Source: Candidatus Thorarchaeota archaeon (GTDB taxonomy: Archaea > Asgardarchaeota > Thorarchaeia > Thorarchaeales > Thorarchaeaceae). Taken from it: a stretch of 64,000 nucleotides of DNA. Each line of letters begins with the position of its first letter. The stretch's first letter is position 1. The stretch covers positions 36,174 through 100,173 of the forward strand of contig DXJO01000027.1 of the NCBI GenBank assembly GCA_019057475.1, written 5' to 3'. The position numbers and the translations under genes are program-made. Positions 49,958-60,020 of this stretch are shown one piece after another. Below the pieces are notes generated by a model that was given only the letters and a program-made list of their open reading frames with translations, searched no databases and was not told where the DNA came from.

Positions 49958-50746
49958 ATGGAGTTTCCAGAAGGTCTTAGATTCGGCGATTACGAAAAGG
50001 TGCGGGAAAAGATCGTTTCGTTCATCAGGGACTATGTTCAGAAAGCGGGTGTAGACGGTGTAACCCTCGGCCTTAGTGGAGGAATAGATTCAGCGCTCGT
50101 TGCCACTCTGGCCGCTCAAGCGATTGAACCATCCCGCGTACATTGCATTCTGATGCCTGTTGATGCCAAAAAAGACCAGCACGTCAGCGATGCCAAGGAA
50201 ATTGCAGAGTCACTGGGAATCAATTACGAGATATTCGAGCTGAAGAACGTCATCAAAGCCTTTGATCCGCTGAAACTTGAAAGGGTCGCTCTCGGCAACT
50301 TGATGGCAAGAGTTCGGATGGTGGTCTGGTATGCCAAGGCGAATCAGAACAATCTGCTTGTTTTGGGAACGGGAAATAAGAGCGAGTTGATGGTCGGTTA
50401 CTTCACCAAGTATGGGGACGGGGGGGCGGATATTCTACCTATAGCAGATTTGTACAAGGTCAATGTGCGTGAACTGGCCAGGCACGTGAATGTTCCAGAG
50501 CATATAGTCACCAAGGTTCCGACCGCTGGCCTTTGGGCAGGACAGACCGATGAAGGAGAGATTGGCGTCACGTATGATGAGATAGACACGATTCTTTTCC
50601 TACATGTCGAGAGAGGGTATAATCCCGATGAGATCAAGTCGTATGGTGTTGATTCAGACAAGGTGGACCGTGTCTTAGAGATGATGGCAAGGTCTCAACA
50701 CAAGAGAGAGTTGCTTCCTAGGCCCATTGTGGCAAGGAATCTGTAG
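49958..50746 (+). CDS. nadE: NH3-dependent NAD+ synthetase
   Basis: Motifs GLSGGIDS, N..AR.RM, GTGNKSE, GYFTKYGDG, PTAGLW.GQTDE and HKR. Confidence 0.95.
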   Translation: MEFPEGLRFGDYEKVREKIVSFIRDYVQKAGVDGVTLGLSGGIDSALVATLAAQAIEPSRVHCILMPVDAKKDQHVSDAKEIAESLGINYEIFELKNVIKAFDPLKLERVALGNLMARVRMVVWYAKANQNNLLVLGTGNKSELMVGYFTKYGDGGADILPIADLYKVNVRELARHVNVPEHIVTKVPTAGLWAGQTDEGEIGVTYDEIDTILFLHVERGYNPDEIKSYGVDSDKVDRVLEMMARSQHKRELLPRPIVARNL

Positions 50747-50899
50747 GAGCAGTATCATTAGAAAGAAAGTGGAGTAAGGAAAATTGGAGTCTTTGGGATA
50801 GTCCAAAGGAAGAGTACATTTGGCGATAATGGCGTAGTTCATAAGATATTAAGTAAAACAGCCTCGCTAACTCTCCTATCCCAACTGGGAGGTCTTCGG

Positions 50900-51805
50900 A
50901 TGAATATGCGCTCGGATTCCAGGCGATTTAGTGTCATTGCCAATCCAACTGATGACGAGGTGAAAGAATTCCAGAAGGGATTGGAAGCCCATAATTTGGA
51001 ACAGACTAATGGAGAGTTCAATAGTCCTAAGGACTGGATTAATCTAGTTCTCAAAGACCACGAGGGTAATATCGTTGGAGGGGTTCTGACTAGTACCCTT
51101 TTCTGGTCACAGTATCTTGAGGTTCTCTGGGTAGATGATAAATATCGAGGTCTTGGTTATGGAAGAGACCTCGTTCTGGAAGCAGAGAGATTATCGAAGA
51201 AAAACGGATGCATAACATCACACACGTATACGTTTTCGTGGCAAGCACCTGATTTCTATCAGGCAGTTGGATACAAGCTCATAGCTACCTATGAAGGATA
51301 CATCGATGGCATTACAGAACTTATCCTTATGAAACGACTAGATACGATTGATGATGTACCAACCCAGAAGGGAGACTCCACTCGATTTGCAATCTCTGAA
51401 GATTCAACTAAGGAATCACAGAGTATTGTCCGCAAGGGGCTCGGAAAGAATTTTGACCAGCACGTTAGTGATTTGCTTAAGAAACATCCCCAAATTGGAT
51501 ACAAGTTGGTCATAAAGAACGATGATGGGCAAGTGATTGGAGGACTGTGTGGTTATACAATCCTTGGGACCATGCATATAGCCGAACTCTGGGTTGATGA
51601 GGGATATCGTGGTCAAGGCTATGGAAAGGATCTCTTAATGCATGCAGAAGAACTTGCCAAAGAGAAAGGGTGCATTGCAGGTCAGATAGCGTGCTTTTCA
51701 TTTCAGAATCTTGATTTCTTGAAGAAACATGGATACAACACACATGGAGTTTCAGATGGGTATCGAGATGAAGTCAAGGAGTACTATCTCATCAAGAAGT
51801 TCTAG
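50900..51805 (+). CDS. Tandem GNAT acetyltransferase
   Basis: Two LWVD..YRG.GYG.DL motif-A repeats. Confidence 0.88.
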   Translation: MNMRSDSRRFSVIANPTDDEVKEFQKGLEAHNLEQTNGEFNSPKDWINLVLKDHEGNIVGGVLTSTLFWSQYLEVLWVDDKYRGLGYGRDLVLEAERLSKKNGCITSHTYTFSWQAPDFYQAVGYKLIATYEGYIDGITELILMKRLDTIDDVPTQKGDSTRFAISEDSTKESQSIVRKGLGKNFDQHVSDLLKKHPQIGYKLVIKNDDGQVIGGLCGYTILGTMHIAELWVDEGYRGQGYGKDLLMHAEELAKEKGCIAGQIACFSFQNLDFLKKHGYNTHGVSDGYRDEVKEYYLIKKF

Positions 51806-51906
51806 ATTGGAAATAGAACTTTCTTGGATTTTCACATGCACGAAGATAGAATTCAATTATCTCATCTCTTGATGATTATCCTTCTCGCGTTCAAAGAAAA
51901 ATAAGA

Positions 51907-52009
51907 GAATCGAGCTGGAAATCGTTTGACCACCAGCTCTTTCAACTATTCAGGTCATTTCATTGATTTGACCCATTCATAGACAGGAGCGCACATCTCT
52001 TTCATGCGC
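51907..52009. repeat. ~103-bp direct repeat, copy 1 (hairpin plus 16-codon minus-strand ORF)
   Basis: Near-identical to 54577-54680; contains GAGCTGG-n14-CCAGCTC. Confidence 0.9.
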
Positions 52010-52048
52010 CCCTCGTAGGGTTCATCAGGTGAAGCTCTCTTCGATTAT

Positions 52049-53761
52049 TCATATTGTCATTGGGAACATTGCTGCTATTATCCAACTAAATAGAAGGGCA
52101 TTGACCATTGGCCCCAGATAGTGATGACCGGTCAGATGATGACCCCATACGATGAAGACTGTAGTTATGACAAACCAAGGTGCGAAAGCATAGAAGAACA
52201 GGAATGAGAAGCCAATCATACCTGGCAGAAGAGGCAGTCCTGTGATCAGGCCAAAGCCATATTGCACTATGAGCAGTATGAAGTACGGACCACACTTGAT
52301 GAGAATTGCTTTCAGTGTCCAATCAGTTTGTGCACGACTCCAAGCATCTCGGGTTTTGATTCGCATCACTCCAATCAGCCACTTGCTCTCAACAATGAAG
52401 TAGACAAAGAGTACCACAAAATAAATGGGGACAGTTAATGCTCGTGGCCCGGTCAGGTCATTGAACCCTGGCAGGAAACAGCGGAAATCAAGCGCGAGTC
52501 CGACGTCAACGAGCAAAGTCCAACCATATATCCAGAGCATTGCGATAAATGCTAGGAGGAATGTCTTCATCAGTCTATTAACAAGCACTGGACTAGTTTC
52601 TGTTTCGTCACTACTTTCAAGAGCCAATCCCGGACGTAAATGTAGAATCAGATAAAGAACTACGTAGGCGATTATACTACCACCCAAGACCCAAGAGATA
52701 ATCTCAAGTCCATACCTCTGAGGAAATGAAATCATAAAATCAAGAAACATACCAACCCCCAGCAACGGGAAGAATGTTCCCAACCCAATCAGCGCATAGA
52801 CTGCTCCCATTCCCAAGAATGTTTTATTGCTGGCCGCAGATTCAGTCGAGGGCCGTTTCCTAATATCCTGAAAGATCGGTAGTCCCGCAAGAATAGCAAG
52901 AAGAGGGAATATCGAGAGAGTTACTCCAAGTATAGAGATGAAGCCACCGACAAGCCAGATTTGGAAAACAAGGTCTGTGCTGGGGATCCAATGCGAATCC
53001 TCCTCGCCGCCCTTGAGACTATTTTTCATCCACTCTACGCTCTCTGATACAATCACAGCGTCAACTGTTTCGAACAGATGGTTAGTCCTTGGAAAAATAG
53101 CCCTACGAGCTGTACCATCCTCAAAGTCGCCATACGTGACTCCTGCTTCGATATCCGTGAAACCAAAGGATGCCTCCAGTAAGGTCAGATTGCGCGGGTA
53201 CGAGGAGAGAGAATCGAATGACCCTGTAGCAACAAGCAGATTGGGTATATAGCTCGCACTGCTTGAGACCCAGGCCCCCACAAGTACGAGAGCATCGACA
53301 ATCACTGATGATTCCTCGATGGCGGCCCAGGATATACCGCCACCCATACTATGTCCTATAAGCCCAATTGATGAGCTGTTAACATAGTCCAAATTAGCAA
53401 GATATTCTAGGGCAGCCGCCCCACTTCCTGAGCCAGCATCACTGTTACCATGACCATTCGCGTCAATTGTGAGTGTGACGAAGCCCCGTCGGGCCAGTTC
53501 GATACCAAACGCCATCAGCCACTCCTTGCATTGAATCACGCCATGAATCACGACCACTCCTGGAAGAGGGTCCGTATCTGTCGCATAGACTGGCACCTGA
53601 AGAGTGGCATGGATATTGGAGTCGTCAGCTGCTTTGAAGTCGACTTCGGTCACGCTGACAGTGCCAAACCCTGCCTGAGTGACTCCAGCAAGCCCAGTTC
53701 CCAACAGCATTATGATAATGCTGAGGACTAGGACAATGTATCTCATTCTTAGTTTCATCAA
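52049..53761 (-). CDS. Membrane-anchored alpha/beta hydrolase
   Basis: HG oxyanion motif, GHG.S and GHSMGG nucleophile elbow; multi-TM C-terminus. Confidence 0.85.
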   Translation of the reverse strand: MMKLRMRYIVLVLSIIIMLLGTGLAGVTQAGFGTVSVTEVDFKAADDSNIHATLQVPVYATDTDPLPGVVVIHGVIQCKEWLMAFGIELARRGFVTLTIDANGHGNSDAGSGSGAAALEYLANLDYVNSSSIGLIGHSMGGGISWAAIEESSVIVDALVLVGAWVSSSASYIPNLLVATGSFDSLSSYPRNLTLLEASFGFTDIEAGVTYGDFEDGTARRAIFPRTNHLFETVDAVIVSESVEWMKNSLKGGEEDSHWIPSTDLVFQIWLVGGFISILGVTLSIFPLLAILAGLPIFQDIRKRPSTESAASNKTFLGMGAVYALIGLGTFFPLLGVGMFLDFMISFPQRYGLEIISWVLGGSIIAYVVLYLILHLRPGLALESSDETETSPVLVNRLMKTFLLAFIAMLWIYGWTLLVDVGLALDFRCFLPGFNDLTGPRALTVPIYFVVLFVYFIVESKWLIGVMRIKTRDAWSRAQTDWTLKAILIKCGPYFILLIVQYGFGLITGLPLLPGMIGFSFLFFYAFAPWFVITTVFIVWGHHLTGHHYLGPMVNALLFSWIIAAMFPMTI

Positions 53762-54017
53762 GGACCCTTTTCCTCCTGAATGGCTCAGTCAGGTCCTATA
53801 TTTATTTCATCCCAGAATCTGTATTTTCTAACATATAGTTCCGTTGAGTGGCTGCCCCTCGGAATTCATCGGGCCCAGATTCCAGCGGTCAGCTGGTTCA
53901 AACCAAGGGATAGTGACAGCATCTCGACGGTCCGCTTTATCTGAAACTGGCTTTCAGATGGACTTAGATAATGATTTAGAGCATATTGAACCGAGCTCTA
54001 ATCAAGGACGTGTTCGT

Positions 54018-54551
54018 ATGCTCGAAGGAAAGAAGGTAAACCTCAGGGTTATCGATACCGAAGATATTTCGACTTACGCTGAATGGATGAATGATCGCGC
54101 CTTTGTAGGGGAATTTTTCATCCCCCGCCAGAGGGCACACAGTGACTACGAAAAAGGATTCAAGGAGCGCTCTCCGGATAGCGAAACCCTCATCATTGAA
54201 ACCAAGGATGGCACGAAAGCGGGCTGGATTACCTTTTTTCTCTCACGATTTGGGGGATATGCAACATCAACGGAAATTGGCTATATGCTAGCACCAGAAC
54301 ACCGAGGGAAAGGGTACTGTACTGAAGCAGTCACGATAATTCTAGATTATCTGTTCCTTCTCCAGAAAACTGAGCGGATTCAGGCAGTCATCGCTGACGA
54401 AAACGTTGCCTCGAAAAGAATACTAGAGAAGACTGGATTCGAAAGAGAAGGAGTTCTTCGGAAACTGGTGTACTCGATAGGAAAATGGTGGAATGTAACG
54501 GTTTATAGTATTCTCCGGGAAGAATGGAAAGAACCTAGGATTTTGAAGTGA
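54018..54551 (+). CDS. RimJ/RimL-type GNAT acetyltransferase
   Basis: Motifs EIGY..RGKGY.TEA and N.AS...LEK.GF..EG.LR. Confidence 0.9.
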   Translation: MLEGKKVNLRVIDTEDISTYAEWMNDRAFVGEFFIPRQRAHSDYEKGFKERSPDSETLIIETKDGTKAGWITFFLSRFGGYATSTEIGYMLAPEHRGKGYCTEAVTIILDYLFLLQKTERIQAVIADENVASKRILEKTGFEREGVLRKLVYSIGKWWNVTVYSILREEWKEPRILK

Positions 54552-54576
54552 AGCTTTGGAATCTTCAAAAACAAGT

Positions 54577-54680
54577 GAATCGAGCTGGAAGTCCTTCGAC
54601 CACCAGCTCTTTCAACTAATCAGATTTATTTCATACTCTTGACCCATTCATAGACAGGCGCGCACATCTCTTTCATGCGC
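54577..54680. repeat. ~103-bp direct repeat, copy 2
   Basis: Matches 51907-52009. Confidence 0.9.
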
Positions 54681-54727
54681 TCCTTCTCGGGATTCATTCC
54701 GGAGGGCTTCCAGCCATAAGCCTAGGT

Positions 54728-55198
54728 TCAAGCGGGTTTGAAATAGCGGATGTCGGTGAGCGCACCAGTTCGTTCAGATTTTTTCTTGAAGACAGCTTGA
54801 ACACGCATACCGATCTTCAGCGCGCCGGGTTTCACTTCGCCTATCTGATGGATAAGGGCTCCATCGGTTTTCTCAATCTCGATAAATGCAAGGACGATAG
54901 GTTCCGGCAGTCGTTCGCCGTTGTTATCCTCATGAGTAATTGTGTAGCTCGCAATAGCACCGGTCGGTGGTAGTTCAATCCAATTGGATAGCTCAGCAAA
55001 GCATCGATCGCAGTACATTCTAGGAGGCATGAATGTGTGGTTGCACTTATCGCAATGGGTTGCCACAAGCTTCTCTTTGTCTCGTAGGGCGACGAAGAAG
55101 CGCTCGCCAGCGATACCGGCTGTATAGATGTAGTCTACCTCCATATCGCCTTCAACGTGCATTATTCTCCTCGGATCTCGGATCTTGTCGTACGCCAT
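54728..55198 (-). CDS. DUF35 zinc-ribbon/OB-fold protein
   Basis: CxxC..PPR.YC..C and RTG.LTDI.YF.P. Confidence 0.88.
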   Translation of the reverse strand: MAYDKIRDPRRIMHVEGDMEVDYIYTAGIAGERFFVALRDKEKLVATHCDKCNHTFMPPRMYCDRCFAELSNWIELPPTGAIASYTITHEDNNGERLPEPIVLAFIEIEKTDGALIHQIGEVKPGALKIGMRVQAVFKKKSERTGALTDIRYFKPA

Positions 55199-55202
55199 TG
55201 TG

Positions 55203-55718
55203 TTACTTCTCCTTTATTGGTTCGAAGTAGAGGATGTCGGTAACCGAACCTTTCCGCTCGTTGGCAGGCTTCCACACAGCTTGAACAGGCATCCCCACAT
55301 GAATCTTCTCGATATCGACATTCCCCAGCTTGTGGAGAATACCAATTCCAGGACTTGCTCCATCCAAATCAACAACAGCAACTAAGATAGGCGTCTTAAT
55401 CCGGTTTGCGTCTGCATCCAGGTAGGAAATGGAGTAAGTATTGATTTTGCCAGTGCCTTTGATGTAGACCCATTCATCAGTGGCACGGAAGCATTGCTCG
55501 CAGAACATGCGCGGTGGAACGAGTACTCGATCACATTGACGGCACCGTCGCCCGACAATGCGGCCGTTCTTCAACTCCTCAAGATACTTCGTGTAGGCAA
55601 TGCCTGCACTCCATGCATACTTTGCGTTGGGCCGCCCACGGAAAGTAATTGTATCTTTCGACTCAAGGTCAGCAGCTGAAAGGCGTGTTCCCCGTAAATC
55701 CTTGACCTTCTCACTCAT
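55203..55718 (-). CDS. DUF35 zinc-ribbon/OB-fold protein
   Basis: CRQC..PPRMFCEQC and R.GS.TDI.YFEP. Confidence 0.88.
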   Translation of the reverse strand: MSEKVKDLRGTRLSAADLESKDTITFRGRPNAKYAWSAGIAYTKYLEELKNGRIVGRRCRQCDRVLVPPRMFCEQCFRATDEWVYIKGTGKINTYSISYLDADANRIKTPILVAVVDLDGASPGIGILHKLGNVDIEKIHVGMPVQAVWKPANERKGSVTDILYFEPIKEK

Positions 55719-55757
55719 CCGACTTATCTCTCCTTCTTTTCATTTGCATGATACACA

Positions 55758-56921
55758 TTAGCGGCGAAACACGGTAACAGTACCCACCTGCATGAGATCT
55801 CCCCATGCTTGGGCGACGCCAGTTTCCGCCCCTGATACTTGGCGCTTCCCAGCCTCATTACGCAGCTGCCAAAACATCTCACAGCACTTCATGAGCCCAG
55901 CAGCGGCTATAGGGTTTCCTACACCTAGCAGCCCACCTGAGGGGCATATGGGAAGATCACCATCCCTTTGTGTGACCCCGTCAGCAGTTAGTTGGGGCGC
56001 TTCACCCTTCTTTGCAAGCAATAGCCCTTCCATGTGGTGCAGTTCTTTGTACGTAAACGGATCGTAAGGTTCCGCAAAGTCCACCTCTTTGGGCGGATCT
56101 GTGATTTTTGCCATCTTGTAGGCCATCTTGGCCGCTTCTGCTACATACTGAGGGAAACAGAGGTCCCTGTTGGTCCAATAGGCCGAATCCAAAGACCAGC
56201 CAACGCCGTCAATCCAGACCGGAGCGTCAGTGAATTTGCGTGCAACATCCTCAGAGGTAAGAACGAGCGCGGCTGCGCCGTCGCTTGGTGGGCTTATGTC
56301 AAGGCGTTGGACAGGCCAGACCATGGTTTCCGAGTTGAGAACATCCTCCACTGTGATTTTTGCCGCCAACTGGGCGCTAGGGTGGTCGAGAGCATTGCCT
56401 TTGTTCTTTACTGCGACCATGGCGATGTGTTCTTTGGGGATATTGTAGGTTTTCATGTAGCGGTTCATTTCAAGGGCGAATATCCAGACGAGGTTAGGGT
56501 TAAGGGGACGAGTAATGATTGGGTCCCAAATCGTGCGGAAGGCAGTCTGCGGATGAGGTATGCAGGGGCTCATCTTCTCCTCAGCTACGACTAGACATGT
56601 ATCGAATAGACCAGAGGCCACATGCCACCAGCCTCCAATGGGAGAAAAGACTCCAGTTCCTCCGCCCACATACACTCTGGAGTACGGTTTTCTTGTAGCA
56701 CCCGCACCATCCAAGAGGTTGTCGGCTTTCATATGGATCCCGTCAAATGCGTCGGGAGCAGTTCCCATCACCACACAGTCTATGTCATCCATGGTCATTC
56801 CTGCGGATTCTAGGGCCGCATTGGCTGCAAGGTAGGATAGCTCCTTGCCAGTTTCTTTCAACCGTCTTCTGAACAGAGTAATTCCCGCACCAACTACGGC
56901 GACTCGCCTTTTCACATTCAT
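55758..56921 (-). CDS. Thiolase-fold protein lacking the canonical catalytic Cys
   Basis: Thiolase scaffold (EKMS, SDGAAA, SGG..G.GNP) with YVGGGTG in place of ACASG. Confidence 0.85.
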   Translation of the reverse strand: MNVKRRVAVVGAGITLFRRRLKETGKELSYLAANAALESAGMTMDDIDCVVMGTAPDAFDGIHMKADNLLDGAGATRKPYSRVYVGGGTGVFSPIGGWWHVASGLFDTCLVVAEEKMSPCIPHPQTAFRTIWDPIITRPLNPNLVWIFALEMNRYMKTYNIPKEHIAMVAVKNKGNALDHPSAQLAAKITVEDVLNSETMVWPVQRLDISPPSDGAAALVLTSEDVARKFTDAPVWIDGVGWSLDSAYWTNRDLCFPQYVAEAAKMAYKMAKITDPPKEVDFAEPYDPFTYKELHHMEGLLLAKKGEAPQLTADGVTQRDGDLPICPSGGLLGVGNPIAAAGLMKCCEMFWQLRNEAGKRQVSGAETGVAQAWGDLMQVGTVTVFRR

Positions 56922-56939
56922 CGCTATTCTACTCCTGGT

Positions 56940-58091
56940 CTATAGTTCGCTGCTCAAAACAGCCACACATCCCGTAGCTGTAGGCACACCCCGCCAACTC
57001 TGGGCCACAGCCGTTTCAGCATCCTTCAGTTGTCGTGTTCCAGCCCGTCCCTGTAGTTGCAGAACGCACTCCAGAACAGACTGGAGTGCTGATGCCTCAA
57101 GTAGGTTACCAGCACCAATACGTCCTCCAGAAACATTCACGGGCAACTTGCCGTTTCTGCTGAAGTTGCCTTGTTCTAACAGCTTGCCGGCTTCTCCGTT
57201 CTCACATAGTCCTAAAGCTTCGATATGCTGCAGTTCTTTGTACGAGAACCAATCATCGACCTCGGCGAAAGCGATTTGCTTTTGCGGGTTCTTTATGCCA
57301 GCCATCTTATAGGCACGTTCGGCCGCAAGACGAGCATATTCTGCGGTACTCCAAGTACGGGACTCAATCCAGGGTGTATCTGAGCACCAGCCAACTCCCT
57401 TGAGCCACACGGGATCGTCTGACAAATCCTTAGCCTTTTCCTCTGAAGCGAGAACCATGACGATTACACCGTCTGCGAGAGGGCTGATGTCCCTGCGGGT
57501 CAGCGGATCAGACACGAACTCGGAATTCATCACGTCATCCATTGTCATTTTTGCAGCATAAGCGGCTGACGGATTGCTCAAAGCGTTTTGCTTGTTCTTC
57601 ACGACTACAGCTGCGCACTGCTCACGCGTTGTCCCGGTTTCATGAAGGTACCTGCGCATCTCAAGGCCTGCTACGAAGTAAGGATGTACGTTGAAGGCGC
57701 GATTGTAAATTGGATCAAGACCATGGGTGACTATGCCTGGAAACGTAAGAATATCAGAGGCCTTGCTGTGCGCCTCAATCGCAACTACATCAAAGAGACC
57801 TGTTTCAATCTGCATCACGCCGTTGATAAGCGCCAGCAACCCATCTCCACCTATAGTACAGACCGACCGAAGAACTGCGCCTAGCTGATCGGGCACGAAC
57901 TCGTCGAAAATCGAGTACCCCTCATAATAGTCTTCGGCAGCCGTAAGGAAGCTAGCAATGTCCTTTCGAGGATTCACACCAGCATCTTCGTAAGCTTTGA
58001 CAGCAGCTTCAAACATCTGTTCTTTGAAGGAAATGTCCGGCGTAGTACTTTGAAAACTAGTATGTCCAACACCAACGATGGCTACAGTCAT
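56940..58091 (-). CDS. Thiolase-fold protein, degenerate partner subunit
   Basis: VAIVGVG..F, K..NA..NP.A and PVNVSGG; no ACASG, HDCF or GHP. Start at MTVAIV. Confidence 0.83.
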   Translation of the reverse strand: MTVAIVGVGHTSFQSTTPDISFKEQMFEAAVKAYEDAGVNPRKDIASFLTAAEDYYEGYSIFDEFVPDQLGAVLRSVCTIGGDGLLALINGVMQIETGLFDVVAIEAHSKASDILTFPGIVTHGLDPIYNRAFNVHPYFVAGLEMRRYLHETGTTREQCAAVVVKNKQNALSNPSAAYAAKMTMDDVMNSEFVSDPLTRRDISPLADGVIVMVLASEEKAKDLSDDPVWLKGVGWCSDTPWIESRTWSTAEYARLAAERAYKMAGIKNPQKQIAFAEVDDWFSYKELQHIEALGLCENGEAGKLLEQGNFSRNGKLPVNVSGGRIGAGNLLEASALQSVLECVLQLQGRAGTRQLKDAETAVAQSWRGVPTATGCVAVLSSEL

Positions 58092-58573
58092 GAGAGATCC
58101 CTTCGAAATTCGATTTCTCCGAGGCATTCCCTGAGGGAGTTCAATGCTCAACCACGGATGGGGCTTGTTCGAACCATTCCACCTCAAAAACATTGTGGAC
58201 CTCAAGGTGCCGTTGAATAGATTGATTCCCGGCACACTCAAGGAAATTCAGCTGGTTGATGTAGCGCAGGATCCCCCCTGATCAGCAGATTTTTGGCCGC
58301 TCCCAGTTATTAAGATGAAAAAGAGAAAGAAGAGGAAAGAGAAAAAGACGAGGGGCCACTACTCGGCGTCTCCAATTGTTCAACTTATGATATAGTCACT
58401 GTCCAGTGCTTTTAAAAAGACGACTTTGAGAGGGTCAAGGAGCGCAGGCGAGTATGAGAGTGCGCGAGTCACGGTGCGACACGTCATTCATCTTACGGAC
58501 CAACACTAACATGGTCAGCTTTATGAATTGAATACCGAGAGGTACGAGCACTCAGACAGTGGAGAGATATAGG

Positions 58574-59383
58574 ATGTCGAATAAGCGCAACGAAGAATCA
58601 TGGGACAAGCTTGCGTCCTACTACAAATCAGCATACATCATCTCCGTTGAGAACTACCACTATAACTCATTTGGACCGGGAGATAACGAGCTAGGCATCA
58701 TAGGAGATGTCCAAGGTCTTGACATACTAGAGATTGGTTGTGGAGGCGGACAAAACGCGATTGTTTTGGCAAAACGAGGCGCAAAGTCAGTCACCGGGAT
58801 TGACCAATCTGAGAACCAGCTTAGGTTTGCCAGACAACTTGCAGAGAGTCAAGGAACCCAAGCTACATTCCTCAAGAGCGATATGGAGGATATGTCAGCC
58901 GTCGCTGATTCTTCATTTGATTTGGTCGTATCCTCACATGCTATGAATTACGCTTCTGACATTAACAGAGTATTCAATGAGTGTTCAAGAGTACTCAGAC
59001 CAAATGGGCGAATCGTAACCTGCATGAACCATCCAACCTGGATAGTTCTTGGAGAAGCTCTTCAAGAGGATGATTTCGCAAAGATTGTCAACTACTTCGA
59101 TGAAACCAAACAAAAGTGGGACTGGAACAAGTACAAGGGAGATAAGATAGCAACATTCGAATCTTCCGAATGGCAACTAAATCAGATCATCAATGGACTC
59201 ATCTCAGCTGGATTCTGTATCGAAAGTCTTACCGAGCCAAGGGGTTATGCATTGGAGGAAATAGAAAAGCTACCCTCAGATGCTATGCCGTATCGTAATT
59301 CGGACTACACGCCTGAGGAGTTCATTCGAGCAAGCACAGTAATCCCCGTTACAGTCATCATCAAAGCCATCAAGAAGGAGTAG
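58574..59383 (+). CDS. Class I SAM-dependent methyltransferase
   Basis: Motifs ILEIGCGGG, GID.S, FDLV and RVLRP.G. Confidence 0.9.
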   Translation: MSNKRNEESWDKLASYYKSAYIISVENYHYNSFGPGDNELGIIGDVQGLDILEIGCGGGQNAIVLAKRGAKSVTGIDQSENQLRFARQLAESQGTQATFLKSDMEDMSAVADSSFDLVVSSHAMNYASDINRVFNECSRVLRPNGRIVTCMNHPTWIVLGEALQEDDFAKIVNYFDETKQKWDWNKYKGDKIATFESSEWQLNQIINGLISAGFCIESLTEPRGYALEEIEKLPSDAMPYRNSDYTPEEFIRASTVIPVTVIIKAIKKE

Positions 59384-59516
59384 AGGTCTCGTTTTGTGTA
59401 GGTGCCTTCTGACATTGCACCCATGCAGTGCGATTGAACGGGGAATATCGAATGTGCGGGGATAGCATCCTTTTCTAGGAGGTTCATGAATACCATAAAT
59501 GGAGAGAAATTCCAAA

Positions 59517-60014
59517 ATGACGAAGATTGTAGATGTGCTTTTGGACAGCTTCAACCACGAAGCAAAGCAGGCCAAAGTGGTCCTTGCTGCAGCCAAGTCG
59601 GTAGATATGGACTACACTCCGGGGCAGGGAATGAAGCCTCTGAAAGAGCTTGCGAACCACCTCGCACAGATTCCATCCCTTGACCACAGGATGTATTCTC
59701 GAGAGATAGAAACCGCAGAGCAAGCGCAGGCCCAAGAGAAAGAGCTCTCGCGAGATGACCTTGACGGGATGCTTTCCGTTTTCGACGATGGCATCGCGGC
59801 TGTAAACGCCAGATTCCGTGACATGTCTGACAAAGACCTACTTGAGAATAAGCTCAAGCCATTCTACGAAACCCGGTCTGAGAAAAACTGGGCCTACTAC
59901 ATGTCTGAGTTCATCCGTCACATCGCAATGCACAAGATGCAGCTCTGGATGTACCTAAAGCTGGCTGGCGCCAAGGTTGACATGATGACCTATTACGGCG
60001 TCCCACCCAAGTAG
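59517..60014 (+). CDS. DinB family protein
   Basis: M..L.ELANH and H..MH..QL..YL..G His triad. Confidence 0.82.
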   Translation: MTKIVDVLLDSFNHEAKQAKVVLAAAKSVDMDYTPGQGMKPLKELANHLAQIPSLDHRMYSREIETAEQAQAQEKELSRDDLDGMLSVFDDGIAAVNARFRDMSDKDLLENKLKPFYETRSEKNWAYYMSEFIRHIAMHKMQLWMYLKLAGAKVDMMTYYGVPPK

Positions 60015-60020
60015 GAAAGC

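Noticed and set aside
51907-54680. CRISPR array or integron cassette array
   Set aside because: Only two ~103-bp copies 2.67 kb apart; no cas or intI gene and no attC-type R boxes.
54626-54730. Sec/Pyl readthrough (TGA-ACC-TAG) extending the DUF35 protein
   Set aside because: It would need two different recoding events in three codons. The neighbouring paralogue ends at nearly the same position, and no SECIS-like element was recognised.
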